Positions 41,354 through 46,894 of a DNA stretch of 46,894 bases are shown one piece after another. Origin of the DNA: an uncultured Planctomycetales bacterium (lineage in GTDB: Bacteria; Omnitrophota; Gorgyraeia; Zapsychrales; JBDRMG01); NCBI GenBank assembly GCA_964478715.1, contig CAYZIY010000013.1, positions 1 to 46,894 of the forward strand, given 5' to 3'. Within the stretch, counting starts at the first letter, position 1, and every line of letters starts with the position of its first letter. The translations under genes and the position numbers were made by a program. The notes under the pieces are model-generated. The model saw only the letters and a list, made by a program, of their open reading frames with translations, had not been told where the DNA came from and made no database searches.

Positions 41354-42904
41354 TCAGGTCTTGACATCCTCTTTCTTACTCGTGGCTTGATCAAGAGCAT
41401 CCTGCCCCACCATATCATCTTCTGATTCATCCTCTTCTTCTTTGGGCCGCTTGGCCTGAACATCTTTGAGATACTGAGTGCAAAGATCTTCCATCTCCTT
41501 GGCAATATCATCGTCCAATTTTTTCTTCTCTCTCAAATTTTTAATTAATTCAGGATTTTTCTGATTGGCAAAATCAAGAATCTCCAGCTGAAATTTCTTA
41601 ACTTCGTCTCCGCTCATCTCCAGAAGAATCTTTTTGTTGTAGGCAAAAAGAGTCAAGGCAAGAACATCCAAAGAAACCGGAGAATCTTTATCCTGACGAA
41701 TGATTTCAGTTAGAATCTCACCGATTTTCATTTGCTGCTGCTGGCCTTCGCTTTGTCCGGATGTTTTCAGTCGGGAGACTCGAAGAAGCTCGCGGTATTG
41801 GATATAGTCCAGTCGCAAAGAGCCCGATAACTTTTTGACGATAGGCCACTGCACCTTGCTTCCCACGCGTGAAACCGAAAGGCCCAAGTCTACAGCCGGT
41901 TTTTGCCCTTCACCGAAAAGGGGAGTGCTTAAATAGATTTGCCCATCGGTCATGGAAACAAGATTCGAAGGAATGTATCCGGTTAAATCCCCCTCTAAAA
42001 GCTCAACGATCGGGAAAAACGTGATGGAGCCACCCCCGCGCTCTTTATCCATAAAAGCCGCACGCTCAATCATTTTCGAGTGCAGATAAAAAATGTCTCC
42101 CGGATACGAGTCGCGACCCGGAGGACGCGCCAGCAATAGGGAAATCTCCCTGTAACACCAGGCATGCTTGGTGAAATCGTCAAAGCCGATAAAGACATGT
42201 TTTCCCTGGTTCATCAAATGCTCAGCAATGGAACAGGAAACGTAGGGAGCCAGATACTGCTGTCCAGGAGGAGCAGAAGCGGGTGCCGAAACAATCATCG
42301 AATATTCAAAACAACCGTTATCCTGAAAAAGCTGAACAACCTTGGCTAAAGCGCTTCGGGCTTTCCCGATACAGCAATAGATGCAGTAAACATCCGTGTT
42401 TTTTTGATTCAGAATCGTATCGGTCACAATGGTAGTTTTTCCGGTCATCTTATCACCAAGAATCAACTCGCGCTGACCGAGCCCGACGGGAATCATGGTA
42501 TCCAAAACCTTAATGCCCGTTTCCAGAGTTTTGCATAAGGGCTCGCGTGCCAAGATGGGAGGAGCATCAATAAAAACCGGAGCCATTTTGTCCCATTCCA
42601 AACGACCCAAACCATCCAAGGTCTCGCCTAAAGGATTGATGATGCGTCCGATAAGTTTATTACCCACAGGAACATAAAAAGGTTCCAGCGATGCAACCGC
42701 CTTATCGCCTGTTTTAATATTCTCGGTTTCTTTAACAATAAGAACCTGGGCTTCCTTTTCATCAAATCCAATGATCTGCCCTAAAGTTCCGTATCCAAAT
42801 TTAATCAACTGGCCGCTTAAACAATGCTTGAATCCCGTCACAATGACAATACAACCCCGGATACAGCGAACACGCCCAATTTCTGTATATCGTAAATCAC
42901 CCAT
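41354..42904 (-). CDS. atpA: Divergent F1-type ATPase alpha subunit
   Basis: GQRELILGDKMTGKT, RPPGRDSYPGDIFYLHS, TDGQIYL and SVSRVG motifs; SD GGAGG. Confidence 0.95.
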   Translation of the reverse strand: MGDLRYTEIGRVRCIRGCIVIVTGFKHCLSGQLIKFGYGTLGQIIGFDEKEAQVLIVKETENIKTGDKAVASLEPFYVPVGNKLIGRIINPLGETLDGLGRLEWDKMAPVFIDAPPILAREPLCKTLETGIKVLDTMIPVGLGQRELILGDKMTGKTTIVTDTILNQKNTDVYCIYCCIGKARSALAKVVQLFQDNGCFEYSMIVSAPASAPPGQQYLAPYVSCSIAEHLMNQGKHVFIGFDDFTKHAWCYREISLLLARPPGRDSYPGDIFYLHSKMIERAAFMDKERGGGSITFFPIVELLEGDLTGYIPSNLVSMTDGQIYLSTPLFGEGQKPAVDLGLSVSRVGSKVQWPIVKKLSGSLRLDYIQYRELLRVSRLKTSGQSEGQQQQMKIGEILTEIIRQDKDSPVSLDVLALTLFAYNKKILLEMSGDEVKKFQLEILDFANQKNPELIKNLREKKKLDDDIAKEMEDLCTQYLKDVQAKRPKEEEDESEDDMVGQDALDQATSKKEDVKT

Positions 42905-42924
42905 TTTGAAAAACCTCCAAGGTC

Positions 42925-42933
42925 ATTATATCA
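42925..42933 (-). promoter_or_regulatory. Possible extended -10 promoter ahead of atpA
   Basis: TGA-TATAAT in the 92-bp gap; no good -35 box. Confidence 0.4.
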
Positions 42934-42996
42934 AAACCAAATTTCAGAAATACGATAAAAATGACCATTTTGATGAAGCAATCATTTTTTGTATTT

Positions 42997-44388
42997 CTAA
43001 GACTCTTCCTTCCCCTCGCCTTCGGGATTTTCGGCCGGTTTGATTTCTTCTATGGTTCCCCCTGTACTTATGGCTATCTCCTCCCCCATAACGCGGGCTT
43101 TTTTCCACCATGTGAAAAAGTGAACAATCGTAATAACAGCTACAAAAATAAGAATGCCCCAGATAATACGCCAAGTATGTGTTAAGGTCGGCTTCTTACC
43201 GAATATTGCTTCGGAAAGAGAGGCGATACCGCGTAAAGCCTTTAATTTTTGCAGAATATTTTTTACTTTGCTTTTTTCCAACTCTTCTAACTTCTTAGCC
43301 TTGACGCGAGCGAGCATTAGCTCGATCTTCTCAATCTCCAGACTAATCTCTTCAAATCGATGCCGATTAATGCGAAAGGCGCCGATATATTTTCGCATAT
43401 TAGCTTTAGTTTCCTGCGATTCTCTAATAGCATTGAGTAGGCTAAAAATTTTATTCCCGATAAACTGAGCTCCCGCTTCGTATTCGGAACCCTTGATTTC
43501 TTCGAGAGCGCGTTCAGTTCGCTCAGCCATCGAATCGACCTTGTCAAGAGAAATGCTCCAAATATCTTTCATCCGAATGGTATATTTTCTCGTCTCACCA
43601 GGTTGAAATTCTTCTTCCTTAAGAAGATAGGATTGCTGTCGATCTTCATCCCATCGAACATCAAAACCCTGGCTATCCAAAATATGCTCAGACCGTATTT
43701 CTTTTGGAAGGTAATGTTTCTGCGTGATCATTCTGGTCTCTTTTTGAGAAGGATTTTTAACTTCAATAATAAAATTCACAGATTCCTGTGTCACCTCCCT
43801 GATACGCTCGGAGGTAAAGTATTCAAAAGAAAAAGCATTTTTCCGAATTTGATCGATATCAGCCAAATAAGCCCGGTATTCTTCAATCCGACGATTGATA
43901 TCCTCAGAATAACCCTGCTGCTGACTCAAAACATAATCAAGTTTGTTCATCATCTTCTCGCCAATCATTTGGGCGGACTCAAAATACTCGGTACCTTCCA
44001 GCTGTCGGATATTCTCTTCAATCTGTCCCCTGATAATATCAATTTCCTCCTGAGGAATTCTCCAGACATCGCGCACTTCCACTTTGATCTTTTTGGATTC
44101 TTTGGGCTTTAAGGTAACGGTCCCTTTGAGAAAATATCGCGACTGGTCGATATCGTAATCCAGCGAAAGAGGCCCGGCATTGACAATATCTTTCGGATCC
44201 AATTCTCGGGGAAGATAATATTTCACAGATGTTTCTTTTTCTTGGGTCTCGCTGGGATTAACCGCCACAAAATTAATAAAGATATTCTGGGCATAACATT
44301 TCGATGAAGAAATAGCAAATAATACATACAGTGCTATTGATAAAAAAATGGATTTCTTGATAAAATGAAATAAAATTCCTTGATTCAT
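42997..44388 (-). CDS. Exported protein with a C-terminal membrane anchor, built of two ~170-aa repeats
   Basis: Signal peptide; NPS..YLP.E...D(V/I)W.I...G(T/S)EY..AQ.IG.K occurs twice; TM helix TWRIIWGILIFVAVITIVHFFTWW. Confidence 0.8.
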   Translation of the reverse strand: MNQGILFHFIKKSIFLSIALYVLFAISSSKCYAQNIFINFVAVNPSETQEKETSVKYYLPRELDPKDIVNAGPLSLDYDIDQSRYFLKGTVTLKPKESKKIKVEVRDVWRIPQEEIDIIRGQIEENIRQLEGTEYFESAQMIGEKMMNKLDYVLSQQQGYSEDINRRIEEYRAYLADIDQIRKNAFSFEYFTSERIREVTQESVNFIIEVKNPSQKETRMITQKHYLPKEIRSEHILDSQGFDVRWDEDRQQSYLLKEEEFQPGETRKYTIRMKDIWSISLDKVDSMAERTERALEEIKGSEYEAGAQFIGNKIFSLLNAIRESQETKANMRKYIGAFRINRHRFEEISLEIEKIELMLARVKAKKLEELEKSKVKNILQKLKALRGIASLSEAIFGKKPTLTHTWRIIWGILIFVAVITIVHFFTWWKKARVMGEEIAISTGGTIEEIKPAENPEGEGKEES

Positions 44389-44421
44389 TTCTGCCGTCCT
44401 GTTAAATATCCTATTTAATAC

Positions 44422-46894
44422 TTATTCTCCGCTTTCAAAATAAGTCTTGATCACAACGTCCTGGGTTTCTACCGACTCTTTAATGGCATTGATCTTGATA
44501 TTGATCTCATTTAGCTTTTCATCCAACATTTGAGCTGTCACTGTTGTGCCCTTTTCGATCTCTTCCACCCCTAGCCCGGCCTCTTCACCTGCTTCACCCG
44601 TTTTTCCCTGGGCGCCTACCACACCGCCGTCGATCAAACCAATCGCTCCCGCACTTTCATTAACAAAATTGGCTAAAGAATTGAGAATCTCCGTAGCTAT
44701 ACCGTTAGACTCGACTTGGCTTTCCGAAATAGCCTCAGTGGCTATCTTGAGATTTTCCAAATATTCTTGCATTTTCTTTATTTTCTCATAAACAACGGGA
44801 GTCTTGCCTTTCGCACCAAGTTCCGTCCGTATGTCCTGAGCTTCCTGGAGAGCGGCACCGGCATTGCTCTTTGCCGTATCGACGTTTTCTTCTATATTAG
44901 GAAGCTCTGAGAGAGTACCAAATATCGTTGCCGGATCTGTTTCCCCGTCGCTGCCGATGAGCGTCTCGATTTCTCCCACGCTTGTGTCAATTGTATTGAG
45001 TGCGCCAAAAATACTTGTTGTTTCTGTATCCGCCGTATCTCCAATATTTGTTGAAATAGAATCAACAGTTGTCAGAATGGTATCAACATTGGCAGATAAT
45101 GTCGCACTTCCGCCAATGGAATTGACAGCCGTTAAGACCTCAGCCACTTTTCCGAAAAGGGTGTTTTGACTAGAAGTGTCACTACTATCACCAACGGCAG
45201 TTGTCAAGCTATTGACCGCTGTTAATATATCATTTACATTACTTACCAGCGTTCGGGCATTATCCGCCAAATAAGCAATATCATTCCAATTGACATTGGC
45301 CCGACTCATGGAAGCGATATCACTCCAGTTAACACCCGCTGTGCTGGAAATGCCCATATCATTCCAATTAATTCCTGTACCAGACATATAGGAGATATCA
45401 GCCCAATTTATTCCCGCATCAGTCATGACATTAATATCACCCCAGTTAATGCCTGTATCGGTCATCATATCCAAATCCGACCAATTGATACCCGCATCGG
45501 AAAGAATATCAATATCCGCCCAGTTGATACCCGTATCAGTCAAGACATCCAGATCCGACCAGTTAATGCCTGTTTTTGTCATTACACCGATATCGCTCCA
45601 ATTAATTCCTGCATCACTCAAGTCGTTAAGGTTATCCCAATTGACTCCGGCTTCTGTCAGCTCATTCAATTCAATCCAGTTGACCCCCATCTCGGACATG
45701 ACGCGCAAATCATCCCAGTTAATTCCGGCATCAGAGAAGATTTGGATATCATCCCAGTTAATACCAGCATCGGACAGTTTGCCAATATCGCCCCAATTAA
45801 TCCCTGTTTTTGACATCGCATCTATATCCGTCCAATTAATACCTAAGTCCGATAACTCATAAATACTGGTCCAGTTTATTCCTATATCGCTCATCACATC
45901 CAGATCATTCCAATTAATCCCTGCATCAGAGAGGACATCGATATCGGCCCAATTCAAACCTGTATCACTTAGAACATCTAAATCACTCCAATTGATGCCA
46001 CTGCCTGAGAGAATATCTATATCCATCCAGTTAATACCTAAATCACTCATTACCTCTATGTCTAGCCAATTAATGCCAGAGCCTGACATCTCGCCAACAT
46101 CGCTCCAGTTGATACCTGCATCACTCATTGTATCTATATCCAACCAATTGATTCCTGCGTTGTGCATAACCGAAAGGTCATTCCAGTTGATACCTGCATC
46201 AGTAAGAATATCGATATCCGCCCAGTTGATTCCCTTGTCACTCATCACATCTAGATCGCTCCAATTGATACCCGTTTTAGATAATAACTCCACATCAGAC
46301 CAGTTGATCCCCGTGTCGCTGAGGACATCAAAATCGCTCCAGTTAATCCCGGCATCACTGAGCATATCGATATCATTCCAGTTGATACCGGTGTCGCTCA
46401 AGACATCCAAATCTTCCCAGTTAATCCCAGCTTTAGACAGGATATCAATATCGGCCCAGTTGATACCGGCGTCACTTAGAACATCGAGATCCGCAAAATT
46501 GATGCCAGTGTCACTTAAAACGTCGATATCCGCCCAGTTGATGCCCGCATCAGACAAGATATCCATATCGACCCAGTTGATGCCGGTGTCAGATAAAACA
46601 TCGATATCCAACCAGTTAATGCCGGCATCCGTTAGCACATCTAAGTCACTAAAGTTAATGCCAGCATCACTCAAAATGTCGATATCCGCCCAGTTGATGC
46701 CGGTATCACTCATCACATCCAGATCGCTGAAGTTGATACCGATATCCGAGAGGACATCCACATCAGCCCAGTTGATACCCGCATCACTCATCACATCGAG
46801 ATCACTAAAGTTGATTCCGGTGTCAGATAAAACATCAATATCCGCCCAGTTGATGCCGGTATCGCTCATCACATCCAGATCCGCAAAATTGATG
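44422..46894 (-). CDS. Large acidic tandem-repeat protein, 5' end outside the window
   Basis: Frame stays open to the window edge (INFADLDVMSDTG...); about 41 13-aa repeats followed by a ~285-aa helical C-terminal region. Confidence 0.9.
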   Translation of the reverse strand, partial: INFADLDVMSDTGINWADIDVLSDTGINFSDLDVMSDAGINWADVDVLSDIGINFSDLDVMSDTGINWADIDILSDAGINFSDLDVLTDAGINWLDIDVLSDTGINWVDMDILSDAGINWADIDVLSDTGINFADLDVLSDAGINWADIDILSKAGINWEDLDVLSDTGINWNDIDMLSDAGINWSDFDVLSDTGINWSDVELLSKTGINWSDLDVMSDKGINWADIDILTDAGINWNDLSVMHNAGINWLDIDTMSDAGINWSDVGEMSGSGINWLDIEVMSDLGINWMDIDILSGSGINWSDLDVLSDTGLNWADIDVLSDAGINWNDLDVMSDIGINWTSIYELSDLGINWTDIDAMSKTGINWGDIGKLSDAGINWDDIQIFSDAGINWDDLRVMSEMGVNWIELNELTEAGVNWDNLNDLSDAGINWSDIGVMTKTGINWSDLDVLTDTGINWADIDILSDAGINWSDLDMMTDTGINWGDINVMTDAGINWADISYMSGTGINWNDMGISSTAGVNWSDIASMSRANVNWNDIAYLADNARTLVSNVNDILTAVNSLTTAVGDSSDTSSQNTLFGKVAEVLTAVNSIGGSATLSANVDTILTTVDSISTNIGDTADTETTSIFGALNTIDTSVGEIETLIGSDGETDPATIFGTLSELPNIEENVDTAKSNAGAALQEAQDIRTELGAKGKTPVVYEKIKKMQEYLENLKIATEAISESQVESNGIATEILNSLANFVNESAGAIGLIDGGVVGAQGKTGEAGEEAGLGVEEIEKGTTVTAQMLDEKLNEINIKINAIKESVETQDVVIKTYFESGE
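45280..46894 (-). repeat. 39-bp / 13-aa coding tandem repeat, consensus SD(A/T)GIN(W/F)xD(I/L)D(V/I)(L/M)
   Basis: GINW/GINF recurs every 13 residues with extensive synonymous variation. Confidence 0.95.

Noticed and set aside
45280-46894. 39-bp periodic DNA as a CRISPR array
   Set aside because: No constant repeat with unique spacers; variation is mostly synonymous within one open frame; no cas genes.

Overview
Bacterial chromosomal window; gene content and style suggest Candidatus Omnitrophota or a relative, but this is inference. The left 10 kb is mostly on the + strand: a PilZ protein, a CPBP protease, a three-subunit xanthine-dehydrogenase-family molybdoenzyme with MocA and XdhC, a cyclophilin and a flavin split-barrel protein. 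An AT-rich gap (10007-10467) holds a near-canonical XerCD dif site, and genes on both sides mostly point towards it, so this is probably the replication terminus. Next to it are a group IIC intron 5' remnant and a DUF134 regulator with repeated operator-like boxes. The middle carries a cNMP/ParA-like/patatin fusion, a two-component pair, tal/tkt, tRNA-Lys(CTT), a decayed pilin gene, a trypsin-like protease and an STT3-like oligosaccharyltransferase with an unusual WWPPG motif. The main finding is the ~20 kb minus-strand cluster at 27009->46894. It runs from a large acidic 13-aa-repeat protein and an internally duplicated membrane-anchored protein into a divergent F-type ATPase. That ATPase has alpha, epsilon, two different c-like subunits, a b-delta fusion, gamma and beta, but no subunit a. 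It continues with a 15-bp gap into type II secretion/pseudopilus genes: GspE with a PilZ fusion, GspF, a metallopeptidase, GspG/I/J/K, PilM-N, PilO and a TPR protein. This may be a rotary ATPase module repurposed for secretion or adhesion.
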